DNA of 64,000 nucleotides from an uncultured Thermoplasmata archaeon (GCA_963705355.1 OY970070.1:1906960-1970959); one strand, 5' to 3'; counted from the first letter of the stretch, positions 46,030-55,740 are shown. Notes: generated from the letters alone by a model not told the origin. Numbers and translations are program-made.

Positions 46030-46593
46030 ATGGCTCTTGAAGCGCTGAAATCGTCACTTCTTGATTCTCCTGTCGTGAAGCGCGGCGACTATGACTATGA
46101 CTATCTGGTGCACCCGATAACGGATGGCATACCATCCATCGACCCTGCGATCCTGAAGGAGGTCACGGATGCGATCATGGAAATCGGCAATTTCGACTGC
46201 GACATGATCACAACGATCGAGGCCCTCGGCATACCGCTCGCAACGTGCCTTTCATTGAGGACTGGCAAGCCTTTCAACATCGTCAGGAAGAAGATGTACG
46301 GACTCCCTGGCGAGGTCAGCATAACCCAGGTCACGGGCTACTCGAAATCCGCACTCTTCATCAACGGACTGAAGGCGGGGGATAGTGTAGTGATCGTTGA
46401 CGACGTTGTCAGCACTGGCGGGACGCTTTGGGCGCTCGTTGAGGCTCTCAAGTCCATGCAGGTCAAGATCGTCGACATCATCGTGGTGATCGAGAAGACG
46501 GACAAGAAAGCAGAGCTCGAGAGGAAGATCGGCATGCCTATCAAGACCCTGGTCAAGGTCGATATCGTCAACGGCAAGGTTCGTGTGCTTTGA
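46030..46593 (+). CDS. purine phosphoribosyltransferase-family protein (archaeal HGPRT/GfcR-like)
   Basis: PRTase motif VVIVDDVVSTGGT. Start at Met25. Confidence 0.65.
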   Translation: MALEALKSSLLDSPVVKRGDYDYDYLVHPITDGIPSIDPAILKEVTDAIMEIGNFDCDMITTIEALGIPLATCLSLRTGKPFNIVRKKMYGLPGEVSITQVTGYSKSALFINGLKAGDSVVIVDDVVSTGGTLWALVEALKSMQVKIVDIIVVIEKTDKKAELERKIGMPIKTLVKVDIVNGKVRVL

Positions 46594-46729
46594 TTCTTGA
46601 TGGCTAATTTTGGTTCATTATCCTAAGGAACCGCTCTCATGTTGGACAATAAATGAACACTATCCGCAAGCCTCGCGAATACTTACTGCAGTGCGCGCGC
46701 GCATCAACGATTCCACTAATCTGTGACGC

Positions 46730-48130
46730 GTGTCTGGGCTAGGCCTGCTTCTATCACTTGGGCTTTCGACCGTTGCGGGATTCTCGGTGGGCTTCCTTGC
46801 GGGGCTCGTGCCGGGGCTTCATATGAACAACATCGCTGCCGCCCTGACTGCCTATGGGGGCGCGTCTGTCATGGCCTTCGGGGCACTTGGCGCTGCATTA
46901 GGAGAATGCGAAAACGCTCTTCTGATCTCCTGTTTCATTTCCGCAGCACTGATTGCTCATCTGTTTGCAGAGTCGATTACCTCGACGTATGTCGGGATTC
47001 CATCGGAGGACGTGGTCTCTGTCCTTCCCGCGCACAGACTAGCTATGGCCGGTCTGGGGCCAACCGCTGTCAGGTCCTCAGCCGATGGCGCTTTGGCAGG
47101 AGTCATTGTTTCGGCAGTACTTCTGTTCCCCATCTGCATCGTGATGGGACCGCCACTGGGGATCTACGAGGTTCTGAGGAAGATCATGGCTTTCATCATC
47201 ATCTTCTTCTCAGCCGTGCTTCTTCTCTCCGAGGGTTTTTCAGGCCTCCGATGCAGACCTAGAGATCGGCGTCCACTTCGCAAAACCATGAATGCCTGCG
47301 TGATCTTCCTGTTGGCTGGCATTCTGGGTACGATAGTCTTTAGGACGAACTACTGCGCGTGTCACATTCCCGATATGCCATGGTTGCCTGGTGATTTCGT
47401 GCCGAGATCATCGTTGCTTCTCCCGATGTTCGCCGGCCTCTTTGGGATCCCCGGCCTTTTATTGAGTTTCGGGTCTAGGGCGGTCTTCGACATCGACCGC
47501 AACTCCGTCGGCTCGATTGTGCATCAGGCGCGATCCGGCGATTTCATCCTGTCCTCAGTCGGCGGCATCATTGTCGGATGGCTCCCGGGAATGACATCAG
47601 GGTCCGCCGCGACGCTTTGCGTTCCGACAGCAGGAGAAGTCAACCAGAATGACGAGGTGGGAAGCTCTCTTCGATTCATCTGGCTCTACTCATCCATCTC
47701 GGCTGCGGGAGCGGTATTTGCTGTCGGCGCGCTGTTCGTCATAGGGCGCGCAAGAAGCGGGTCTATGGATGCAGTCGCCTTCTTCCTGGGCGACGATGCC
47801 ATGACGAGCTCCATGACTTCCAACATCCTCCCAATCCTCTCTATCCTGCTTGCGATGATCCTTTCCGCCTTGGTTTCTCACAGCGTCCTCGTCAGATTTC
47901 AGTCCGGGCTCTCGAACCTGCGCAGATTCCTTTGCTCGAAGGAGCTCGCCCTCGCCTCGCTGTTGTTCGTTGCTTCCCTGTCGATCGTTTTGACTGGGAC
48001 TCGGGGTGCTCTCCTGATGGCAACCTCAGCCATCCTCGGCCTTATCCCACCTTTGACCGGCGTCCGCAGAATACAGTTGATGGGATGCCTGCTGGTGCCT
48101 ATAGCGACCCTCTTGCTGTCCATGCTGTGA
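46730..48130 (+). CDS. TctA-family (DUF112) transport membrane protein
   Basis: 466 aa with many TM helices and Gly-rich motifs (GLVPGLHMNNIAA, LPGMTSGSAAT) typical of the TctA large subunit. Confidence 0.55.
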   Translation: MSGLGLLLSLGLSTVAGFSVGFLAGLVPGLHMNNIAAALTAYGGASVMAFGALGAALGECENALLISCFISAALIAHLFAESITSTYVGIPSEDVVSVLPAHRLAMAGLGPTAVRSSADGALAGVIVSAVLLFPICIVMGPPLGIYEVLRKIMAFIIIFFSAVLLLSEGFSGLRCRPRDRRPLRKTMNACVIFLLAGILGTIVFRTNYCACHIPDMPWLPGDFVPRSSLLLPMFAGLFGIPGLLLSFGSRAVFDIDRNSVGSIVHQARSGDFILSSVGGIIVGWLPGMTSGSAATLCVPTAGEVNQNDEVGSSLRFIWLYSSISAAGAVFAVGALFVIGRARSGSMDAVAFFLGDDAMTSSMTSNILPILSILLAMILSALVSHSVLVRFQSGLSNLRRFLCSKELALASLLFVASLSIVLTGTRGALLMATSAILGLIPPLTGVRRIQLMGCLLVPIATLLLSML

Positions 48131-48471
48131 TCTGATGGTCGTTGATTGGAAACGGAGCAGATGTTATCAGAGGAAGGGGCCGCCTTACTCCCCCCGAATT
48201 TGCAGTACCCGGCTTGGGAGCTCTTTCCTCGGCCTTGTTAGTCGCCCTTACCGGACGGAGGTCGAGGAACAATATGAGCCCCGTTGGGCATCCTGCCCAA
48301 GGCGGTCTCCCTTCCTCCTTTATCGTCAGTTGAGATCCGAGGAGTTCATCAGAGCCAGGGCAACTTATGAAGTCGCGAACACCAGTACCGCTGTCGGTAT
48401 TGCTAGCATTGCGCACTTCGACCCCAGCAAATCAGTCTCCCCCTTTTGTGTGCTCATCACCCGTTTCGACG

Positions 48472-50949
48472 CTATGCTATATAGGCTTGTCGGCGAGTCA
48501 GTGCGTTTCTTGGCGCAAAACGCGAATTTGCCTTTTTTCTGGGGTTCTTGGAGCTGAAAAGCTCGGAGAGCTTCTCTATATTGTATCCGAAAGGAAGGAG
48601 CATGCCCTCTGCTCCTCGCAGAAGTAGATCGACATAAGCATCCATATCGTACGCCTCATCTCCCGAGATGAACGAATCGACCTTCACTCGCTTGCGCGGG
48701 TCCTTGCTCTTGCAGTCGCATATCAAGAACCTCACGGCCTCTCCCGGGTTCACGTCAAAACCCTCGTCGTCCAGCTGCATGAGGGCTGCGACGCGGTCGT
48801 TGAACTGCTGATAGGCCCCGAGTCCCTGTGACACCCGCTTGGTCATCAGCAGCTTGCTCAGCGGAACCGCTTGAGACCTGACGGTCTCGACATAATCGTT
48901 CACGATGTCCAGCGCGGACGGTATGAGTTCTATGAACTGCTGCGAATCGTCCGCCTTTGAGAAGTTCGCGAGCAGCTCGTTCTGCATGTCCTTCACCAGC
49001 TCCGTCGTGTCGTGCTTCCTGAGCTCGATCCCGCGCAGTTTCAACTTCCCGTCCTCGAACATACCATAGTATCTGTTCAGAACGCCGACGCCGTTCGACC
49101 TGTGCGGCAGAAACACTATCCACTTGTATATCCCCTCCGGCTCGAGCGGGATGCCTATGTGGCCAGACACATGCTCGCAGAACTTCTCTGGATCGCCGTT
49201 CCCTTTCAGCCAGAGCGAATCCACGATTCCGTGGAGTATCTCGAACCCGTGCGCCTCTGCCATCTCGGACGCCTGCAGCATTATCTCCCTTCCGTACGCG
49301 TTGATGGCCTCGTGGCATTCTATTCTCCCGAACCTCGCGTTCCTGTAGCCCGTGTATCCGAAGCAGTTGTGCGTGAGCACCCCGTTGGCGAGCGCGAACC
49401 CGTGCAGCGGTTCGTCCACTCCGAGACAGTAGACATGGTCTCCAGACGGCCTGATTCTGCGCACGGACATCACGCGCATGTGGGTTATCGAGTTGCCGGA
49501 GCTGGATGCGCTGCTGTAGAGAGGCATGAGCGCTGGGAGCAGGCTTCCCTCTGTAACCCTGTCAGCTCTCTTCAGCACGAGCCGGTCCCCGTTCATGACA
49601 TAGCACGGATGGTCTGGTGTCAGTCTGATCCTGCTCTCTGCGAGGTTCAGCTCGATCATGTGCTCAGGTGCCGGGAACTTGAAGACCTTCGAGACGGTCT
49701 TCAGCGAAGGCTCCAGATTCCGGTCCAGCCCGAACGCCTCGAGCTTGTCATTGACCGTGCACTCGTCAGAATCTCCGCGAACATACCTCTCAACGATCTC
49801 GCCGACGGTGCGGACATCGAACCTTCCGCGCCTTCTGAACGGTATTTCGGTGTCAGAGTCCAGGCAGGTCACGAGCAACCATTTCAGAATGTCTACCCTC
49901 TCCTTGTAGAGCTTCGTATCCCCTATCCCGGCCTTCACCATCCTCTTGAGTCTCGTCCTGCGCTCCACCACGGGTTTGAGCACGCGCGGTATCAGTCCCA
50001 GTCGTTTGTCACATATGCCATATCCAAGAACAGGCACCCGTCTGGTGGGCTCGGGACAACAAGAGCATGTGACCGTCTCAGGCGAGATGTTGAACCTCAC
50101 CATGATGTTCGGATACAGCGATGTGAAATCCACTTCCAGAACGCGGTCGTGTATCCCGACCGCGGGCTCGTAGATGAAACCTCCGCGGTCTGATATGACG
50201 AGCTCCTCCGCGGTCTTGAACTTCTCCGGGAGGTTCTTCTTCCACATTATGACGCAGCCATCTTTGAGCGCGAGATTGGCCTGCATCGCGCTGATCGCGC
50301 TCCCAGGAGAGAGCCTCGCAAGTTCCTGGACGGGCACGCCAGATATGCGAGAGAGATCGGTCAGGCCGCCCAGGCCGCTCTCCATGAACATGAATGAGCT
50401 TGAGCGATCGATGTGGATCCTCCCGCGGAACTTGTACGATGGGGGCTTGTACTTGATCTGCCCGTATGTGAAGTATGATTTGCCCTTCCGGTCGGTCCTC
50501 TGGTCGTCGACGTCCCTACCCAACATGATCCCCTTGAGGCCGACATGCCTCGCCCGCTGGTACAGGTACGGGATGAGGAAGGCGTCTCCGTTGTCTGTGT
50601 AGATCACATCTGGATCCCCAGCTTTGACGATCTCTTGGATCCCTTCGAGGATAGTCTCCTCGTCACCGTCTACAACTTCGTCCCCTACTTTGGCAGAGAT
50701 CAGCTTGTCATCGAAAGTCGGTATTCCCTTCTTGGCTTCCGGCACAGCGCTTAGCTCAATTCCAGAGAGCGGAGGCATCTCGTAATCGATTTCGTACGGA
50801 TCGTCTATCATCCGCGGCCTCGGTCTGAACTCCAGCAGGCCCATGGGAAAGATGCTCTTCTCGCAGAAGTACCGCTGGCTGAATCTCAGATCGACAGTTG
50901 AACAACGTGTAATCTTTGTACCTTCCGCGATTGTCGATAGTATGCGCAA
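48472..50949 (-). CDS. family-B DNA polymerase homolog with disrupted catalytic motifs (inactivated PolB type), containing a mini-intein
   Basis: Motif A DFTSLYPNIM is intact. Motif B reads KWLLVT|CFGYTGY (the Asn of KxxxNSxYG is replaced). Motif C reads HGIVDS (first Asp of DTD lost). Exo I reads SGIELS (D to G). Exo II reads NGDAFLIPYL (D to L). The N-terminal domain lies in another frame (next feature). Confidence 0.7.
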   Translation of the reverse strand: MRILSTIAEGTKITRCSTVDLRFSQRYFCEKSIFPMGLLEFRPRPRMIDDPYEIDYEMPPLSGIELSAVPEAKKGIPTFDDKLISAKVGDEVVDGDEETILEGIQEIVKAGDPDVIYTDNGDAFLIPYLYQRARHVGLKGIMLGRDVDDQRTDRKGKSYFTYGQIKYKPPSYKFRGRIHIDRSSSFMFMESGLGGLTDLSRISGVPVQELARLSPGSAISAMQANLALKDGCVIMWKKNLPEKFKTAEELVISDRGGFIYEPAVGIHDRVLEVDFTSLYPNIMVRFNISPETVTCSCCPEPTRRVPVLGYGICDKRLGLIPRVLKPVVERRTRLKRMVKAGIGDTKLYKERVDILKWLLVTCLDSDTEIPFRRRGRFDVRTVGEIVERYVRGDSDECTVNDKLEAFGLDRNLEPSLKTVSKVFKFPAPEHMIELNLAESRIRLTPDHPCYVMNGDRLVLKRADRVTEGSLLPALMPLYSSASSSGNSITHMRVMSVRRIRPSGDHVYCLGVDEPLHGFALANGVLTHNCFGYTGYRNARFGRIECHEAINAYGREIMLQASEMAEAHGFEILHGIVDSLWLKGNGDPEKFCEHVSGHIGIPLEPEGIYKWIVFLPHRSNGVGVLNRYYGMFEDGKLKLRGIELRKHDTTELVKDMQNELLANFSKADDSQQFIELIPSALDIVNDYVETVRSQAVPLSKLLMTKRVSQGLGAYQQFNDRVAALMQLDDEGFDVNPGEAVRFLICDCKSKDPRKRVKVDSFISGDEAYDMDAYVDLLLRGAEGMLLPFGYNIEKLSELFSSKNPRKKANSRFAPRNALTRRQAYIA
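49366..49866 (-). mobile_element. mini-intein (about 167 aa, Hint domain only) inserted in PolB motif B
   Basis: It begins CLDSDTEIP after ...WLLVT. Block B is TPDHPCYV. It ends ...GVLTHN followed by Cys+1 (CFGYTGY). No LAGLIDADG or HNH endonuclease insert. Confidence 0.7.
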
Positions 50950-51229
50950 CGTCCTCGACTTTCGCGTAGTCTCTTATCGTGATCCCGAGCACTTCGCGTT
51001 CGTCATCTCCGAGCCATGTCCGTTTCATCTCCCGCCCGGTCGCGCTCACTTCGTCTAGAATCGGAAGCGCTCTCTCGAGATCGTCGAGGTTTTCGGGAGT
51101 GGAGTGCACGAATATCTTCGGGCGGAACGCCCGATCTACGATCTTGTTCGCGCCCTTTCGGGTTCTTACCCAGTATACGATGGAGTTTGTCTCGTACTCT
51201 GGGTAAATGTCGAGGAGCCAGCCTCTCAT
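50756..51229 (-). CDS. PolB N-terminal domain fragment in a different frame (apparent frameshift with downstream PolB ORF)
   Basis: MRGWLLDIYPEYETNSIVYWVRTRKG...FRPKIFVH matches the PolB N-terminal domain (LDIDY...IRLF...F.PYFY). The main ORF resumes with the RYLIDKGLIPM-equivalent (RYFCEKSIFPMG) in another frame. The overlap is 50756-50949. Confidence 0.5.
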   Translation of the reverse strand: MRGWLLDIYPEYETNSIVYWVRTRKGANKIVDRAFRPKIFVHSTPENLDDLERALPILDEVSATGREMKRTWLGDDEREVLGITIRDYAKVEDVAHTIDNRGRYKDYTLFNCRSEIQPAVLLREEHLSHGPAGVQTEAADDRRSVRNRLRDASALWN

Positions 51230-51516
51230 CTTTTGGACTCACTGCTCCCGATTCCCCCATCCTGGATTCCGTTGCTTTCATTCTCTTCTTTGAGATTCTT
51301 TTTCAGAGCTAGTATCTCCTTCTCGTGTTCCAGGAGCATCGAGAGAAGGGCCGACTCTGTTGGGTCGAGGCTTATCGCGTATGTCGATGCGGAAGCGTGC
51401 ATGCGCGCCCTGGTCACCAGAGAATCGAATGCTTCCCGGTCTCCACTCCTGAGCGCTCTCCGAAAATCGTTCCACTGCTGGGTCATCGCCTCAAGGGCCA
51501 AGCGGTATGTAGGCAC
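51226..51516 (-). CDS. small hypothetical protein (operonic with PolB)
   Basis: 96 aa. It overlaps its neighbours by 4 and 26 nt. No known motif. Confidence 0.3.
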   Translation of the reverse strand: MPTYRLALEAMTQQWNDFRRALRSGDREAFDSLVTRARMHASASTYAISLDPTESALLSMLLEHEKEILALKKNLKEENESNGIQDGGIGSSESKR

Positions 51517-52270
51517 CGTTCTTCCCGTCGGAATCCCCCCTGAACTCGTCTAGCGTTGCTTGGTTCCAAGGCACGGGCGAGAACACGATCTCCCGCTCCG
51601 CCCTCGGCAGCCGGAAGAGCAAGCCATCTCTTCTGGTGCGCATCTGAACGATCTGGTCCGAGTGTTCGTACAGCAATGCTGCCAGTTTCGGGCTTGGACG
51701 GACCTGCTGATGAGTGTTGTTCGTGAGCATGGAGATAGTCTCGTGCTCCTTCGTCACCCTGGATATGTCCTCTAGACACCTCCTCAGGAGCTGGTGTGAT
51801 TCCATCCACTTCATGTCCTTGTCGAGGAACATCTCGGTTATGGATGACACTATGACGGCGCACGGCGAGCTTCTCTCGACCTGTTCCTCGAGCTTCTCGT
51901 CGATCAGAGTCACGAGCTGATACGCAGTGAACGCCCTGGACACGTTCACGCGCGACAGGATCTCCCGCTTGTTTAGCCTCAGTCGCTTGCACAGAGAGCT
52001 GATGGCATATGGATCGATGGCATTCCCGCCGTCTATCCAGACGACCTCCTCGTCGAATTGCGAGATCGCGCGGACGCAGAGCAGGTGCAAAAGGCTGGAG
52101 GCGTAGCTGCTGTCGCTGTCGAGCAGCGCGACCTGGGCTGAACGGAAGCCGCCTATGAGCTCGTCTAGCTGCAGGATCGAGGTTTCCAGAACCCTCTCAT
52201 GGAGCAGCGGCTCCTCGCCGACTATCTGCACCAGCGGTTGTTCGAGCGCTGCTGTTCTCTGGATCTGCAA
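51491..52270 (-). CDS. RadA/RadB-like RecA-fold paralog with Walker A and B ablated (inactivated recombinase-like)
   Basis: It aligns with RadA/RadB blocks: LDELIGGF, VVWIDGGNAIDP, VSRAF (RadA VARAF), LTNNTHQQV (VTNQV). Walker A GxxGxGKT is replaced by LLDSDSSYASS. The Walker B Asp is Ser (AVIVSSIT). Confidence 0.55.
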   Translation of the reverse strand: MQIQRTAALEQPLVQIVGEEPLLHERVLETSILQLDELIGGFRSAQVALLDSDSSYASSLLHLLCVRAISQFDEEVVWIDGGNAIDPYAISSLCKRLRLNKREILSRVNVSRAFTAYQLVTLIDEKLEEQVERSSPCAVIVSSITEMFLDKDMKWMESHQLLRRCLEDISRVTKEHETISMLTNNTHQQVRPSPKLAALLYEHSDQIVQMRTRRDGLLFRLPRAEREIVFSPVPWNQATLDEFRGDSDGKNGAYIPLGP

Positions 52271-52474
52271 GCAGTGTCACCAGCATCGCATTATCGGTCG
52301 TTCTGGAGTTAAACGGCTGCAGGGGGGAGCATGGTGAAACTAGTGAACCCGATAAAATCCAGCAAGTCCAATCGCACGCGAAACAGCGCACGGAAGCCCG
52401 TCTTTCTGTGGAAACGGTGTGTTAATGTTTAAGTACACTAAGGGTGTTTTTCACTCAACTATTCCAGAGGATCG

Positions 52475-55363
52475 TTGAGATTCATCGGGAAGGGACAGAG
52501 GAAAATGGCTTCCAGATCATCTTCCAGAAAGCAAACACCACCGTCGAGGCCCCCGCCGACTCAGAGGACCTACGCGGCGCAAATAGAATCCACAGAGGTG
52601 AAGAGGTCGCGCAAGGCCGCCATACTTCAGCTCAAGATGGGCCGGCTAGCACACACGATAGGCATCGCATCCGGCCTCGCGCTAGCACTGACGGCCATAA
52701 TCGCGTACGGCATCATCAACTGGGAATTCCTCCGGAATGCTCCCGATATATTCGCCACTCTGAAATGGATAATTCCGCTAGTCGCAGGCGTGGTAGTCGC
52801 TGCGGTCGCACTCGCGATCAAATGGGAACCGTATTTCACGGACAGGGAGGAGCCGCACTTCGCGATGAGCATCGTCGCGCTCGTGGCTCCTGCCTTCATC
52901 ATAGCGCTCATAGTCCTGGACGAGTACGACTACGTGCAGCTCGGCAGGCCTGCTTGGCTCTATCCTGCCTCTCTCCTGGGGATATGTCTCACAGAGATAT
53001 CGCTCGCGATGACTTGGGAGGGTTCGAGTCCTCGCCGGACCGTCAGCATCGTCTCTGCGATCTTCCCGATTGTCCTGCTCGTATTCCCCATGGTCTACCG
53101 CTTCACGCCCGAGGAATTAGCCAGCACTCTTCCGATGGCATATCTCGGCAGCGCGGTCGCGATCCAGCTCAGCGGCTCGATGCTGCACATCATTGCGAGC
53201 TCGACATCTGTGCAGCAGCGAGAGGTTCTCAAGGCGAGCGACAGCAAACTGCGCGAGGAGCTCCAGGAACTCGAAAAGAAGCGGCACGCGCTGATATACA
53301 GAGAGGACGCGCTAAGATCCAAGGAGTCCGACCTCGAGACCCTTGAGAAGCGGCTCAGCGATGAGACGGCTTCGATAGAGGAAAGGAAGACCCAGGTAGC
53401 CGCGGCCGAGGCGGAGGCGGAGCAGCGTTTCCTGCAGTTGCGCGATGAGAGACAGAAAACCGCGAAGCAGCAGGCGGAGATAGAGGATGCCAAAGAGGCC
53501 CTGAAGCTGAGGCAATCCGATCTAGAGGCTCAGAGAAGGGAGCTGGAGAAGCGCTCCAAGGCGCTGCTCACGAAGGAAGAAGCTGTCTCCACTAGGGAGA
53601 GGGACGCCAACAGGATATTGATCGATGCTCAGGCCAAGGAGCGGGACATAAGGAACAGGCTCTCCGAGGTCGAGGCGGAAGAGAAGGCTCTCGATACCAT
53701 GCGCCAGGAGATCGACGAGCTTCAAGGGGCACTTGCGGACCGCGAGAAACAAGTGGGCGTCCGAGAGAGCGCGCTGGACATGAAGGTTCTGGAGATTGCG
53801 GCAGCGAGGGAAGAGCTTGGGACGGTTGCCAAAGAGAAGACTTCTGTCAAGACCCTCGAGCAGCAGTTGCTGATGAGGCAGGAGTCTCTCGCAGAAAAGG
53901 AAATCGCTCTTAAGACGTCTGAGGACGAGCTGCGTAAGAAATCCGAGCGTGCTGAGAGGCTGATTGCGAGAGCCGACAAGCAGATGAACGAGCTCATCGA
54001 GAAGGAGAACACACTCTTGGCTCGCGAAAAGACTGTCACCGACAATGAGTCCCAGCTGAGGGCGGAGGTCGAAGGCTTGAACGCCAAGCTGGAGGAGATG
54101 CAGAGCGCGCGTGAGTCGGTCACCGACAGGGAGAAGGAGTATCACAGTCTAACCGAGACCACCAGAACAAGACTCTCAACAGTGACATCTCAAGAGGAGG
54201 AGATCGTAAGGAAGATGGCCGCTCTCGAGCGAAGGGAGGAGAAGATCCGGGAGCTCGAGACGAGGCTCAGAACCGAGCACGACACGATGAGCTCCAAACT
54301 GAGGGAGATGCTCGAGAAGGAGAAGGATCTCAGCGCCCACGAAGACGAGATGAACCTGCGCTATGCGGAGCTCAAGGCGATGGAACGAGGGGTTCTGGAG
54401 AGCGTGGACGAGGTCGAGGCGGCCAGGACGTCCTTCGAGGTGCCAGAGGAGGGCGAACAGACTAAGACCTTGGCCTACAGAGAGAGGCGTTTGATTGAGA
54501 AAGAGCAGGAGATGAAGTCGCGGCTCTACCAGCGCGAGAAGGAGCTGGAGGCGCGCGAGCAGTCCCTGCGCGCGCATCTGAAGAAAGACATCGAGGGGAT
54601 GGAAGAGGCCGTCGAGAAGGAGTACGCTGAGGAGAAGGTCAAGACGGGAATAGAACGTCTGGACGCCCTGCTCATGGGCGGCATGCCCTTCGGGTCCAAC
54701 ATCACGTACGTCGGACCGCCATTCATAGGAAAGGAGACCGCCATCCTGTTGTTCTTGGCCGAGGGCCTCAAGAAGGGCATTCCAGCAGTGATTGTGACAA
54801 CCTCAAAATCCCCCGAAGAGATCTCCAAGGATATGGCGCCGATACTACCTACGTTCAAGGAATTCGAGCAGCTCGGTCTCGTGAACTGGGTAGACGCCAC
54901 CGGACTTCAGAGAGCCCCGAGCGCGAGAACTGGAAAACCCAGTCTCATTGCAGCGTTGGGCTCGGGAGATCTGGGCGGGATCGGCAAGGCGATCGACGGA
55001 TGCGTTAACAAGATACAGAAGCAGAGGCACCCATACTTCAGGTTCGCCTACATGTCTCTCTCGATGAGCGTGACGCAGTCGAACGAGAAGGACTCGTTCC
55101 AGTTCGTGCAGACCTTGGTCGGCAAGCTGCGGCAGGCCAACGCGATTTCGGTCTTTGCGCTCGAGCGCGGGATGCACACGGAGCAGCAGCTCGAGTCGAT
55201 TCAGCATCACATGACCGGCGCGATCCAGTTCAAAACGGACAAGCAGAAGACTCTGATAAGCGTCCAGGGCGTAGGCGATGCGCAGACCAGGGACTGGATC
55301 GAGTACAAGCACACGAACAGGGCCCTCATGATCGGAGCATTTTCACTTGAGAGGATAAGGTAG
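52475..55363 (+). CDS. membrane-anchored long coiled-coil protein with C-terminal KaiC/RadA-like domain (degenerate P-loop)
   Basis: About 6 N-terminal TM helices. About 520 aa of heptad-rich coiled coil (E/K/R/L-rich). The C-terminal domain has LDALLMGGMPFGSNITYVGPPFIGKETAILLFLAEGLKKGIPAVIVT (compare KaiC GPPGTGKT). The Walker B position lacks Asp (VFALERG). Confidence 0.65.
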   Translation: MRFIGKGQRKMASRSSSRKQTPPSRPPPTQRTYAAQIESTEVKRSRKAAILQLKMGRLAHTIGIASGLALALTAIIAYGIINWEFLRNAPDIFATLKWIIPLVAGVVVAAVALAIKWEPYFTDREEPHFAMSIVALVAPAFIIALIVLDEYDYVQLGRPAWLYPASLLGICLTEISLAMTWEGSSPRRTVSIVSAIFPIVLLVFPMVYRFTPEELASTLPMAYLGSAVAIQLSGSMLHIIASSTSVQQREVLKASDSKLREELQELEKKRHALIYREDALRSKESDLETLEKRLSDETASIEERKTQVAAAEAEAEQRFLQLRDERQKTAKQQAEIEDAKEALKLRQSDLEAQRRELEKRSKALLTKEEAVSTRERDANRILIDAQAKERDIRNRLSEVEAEEKALDTMRQEIDELQGALADREKQVGVRESALDMKVLEIAAAREELGTVAKEKTSVKTLEQQLLMRQESLAEKEIALKTSEDELRKKSERAERLIARADKQMNELIEKENTLLAREKTVTDNESQLRAEVEGLNAKLEEMQSARESVTDREKEYHSLTETTRTRLSTVTSQEEEIVRKMAALERREEKIRELETRLRTEHDTMSSKLREMLEKEKDLSAHEDEMNLRYAELKAMERGVLESVDEVEAARTSFEVPEEGEQTKTLAYRERRLIEKEQEMKSRLYQREKELEAREQSLRAHLKKDIEGMEEAVEKEYAEEKVKTGIERLDALLMGGMPFGSNITYVGPPFIGKETAILLFLAEGLKKGIPAVIVTTSKSPEEISKDMAPILPTFKEFEQLGLVNWVDATGLQRAPSARTGKPSLIAALGSGDLGGIGKAIDGCVNKIQKQRHPYFRFAYMSLSMSVTQSNEKDSFQFVQTLVGKLRQANAISVFALERGMHTEQQLESIQHHMTGAIQFKTDKQKTLISVQGVGDAQTRDWIEYKHTNRALMIGAFSLERIR

Positions 55364-55512
55364 TTAGAGCCTCGCCTCGGAAAAGCCCATAGGGGAGGAA
55401 AGGCTATCACCGATAAGGGAGGTAATGGCGTGAGTTCAGGTGGAATTGACGATAACACATCCTTCAGATATGCCCTGATTGCCGGCATTCTGTTCGTAGT
55501 GAGTTTCCTGGC

Positions 55513-55740
55513 ATGGTTCTTTGGGGTCATAATCTTCGGGGGGACGAATGGAGTTGGCAGTCGGCATATGCTACATTGGGTGCCATGACGAGCGTGTTCC
55601 TGCTTTGCTCGATTCTGTTCACCATGCTTGGCAAGAGAGAGCTGTCACGAAAGTCACTCGTTGTTGGAGTCCTGCTGTTAATAGGACTGATATTGCTGTT
55701 CGCAATTCGCACAATCACATATCAGCCTGGGTCTGTCTAG
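55513..55740 (+). CDS. small membrane protein
   Basis: 75 aa with two hydrophobic helices. Weak support. Confidence 0.3.
   Translation: MVLWGHNLRGDEWSWQSAYATLGAMTSVFLLCSILFTMLGKRELSRKSLVVGVLLLIGLILLFAIRTITYQPGSV

Noticed and set aside
49012-50193. 393-aa plus-strand ORF
   Set aside because: It is antisense to the PolB gene and has no motifs. It is a high-GC artefact.
52444-53346. 300-aa plus-strand ORF overlapping the start of the coiled-coil gene in another frame
   Set aside because: It is Arg/His-rich low-complexity sequence. The 52475 frame carries TM helices and a coiled-coil plus KaiC domain.
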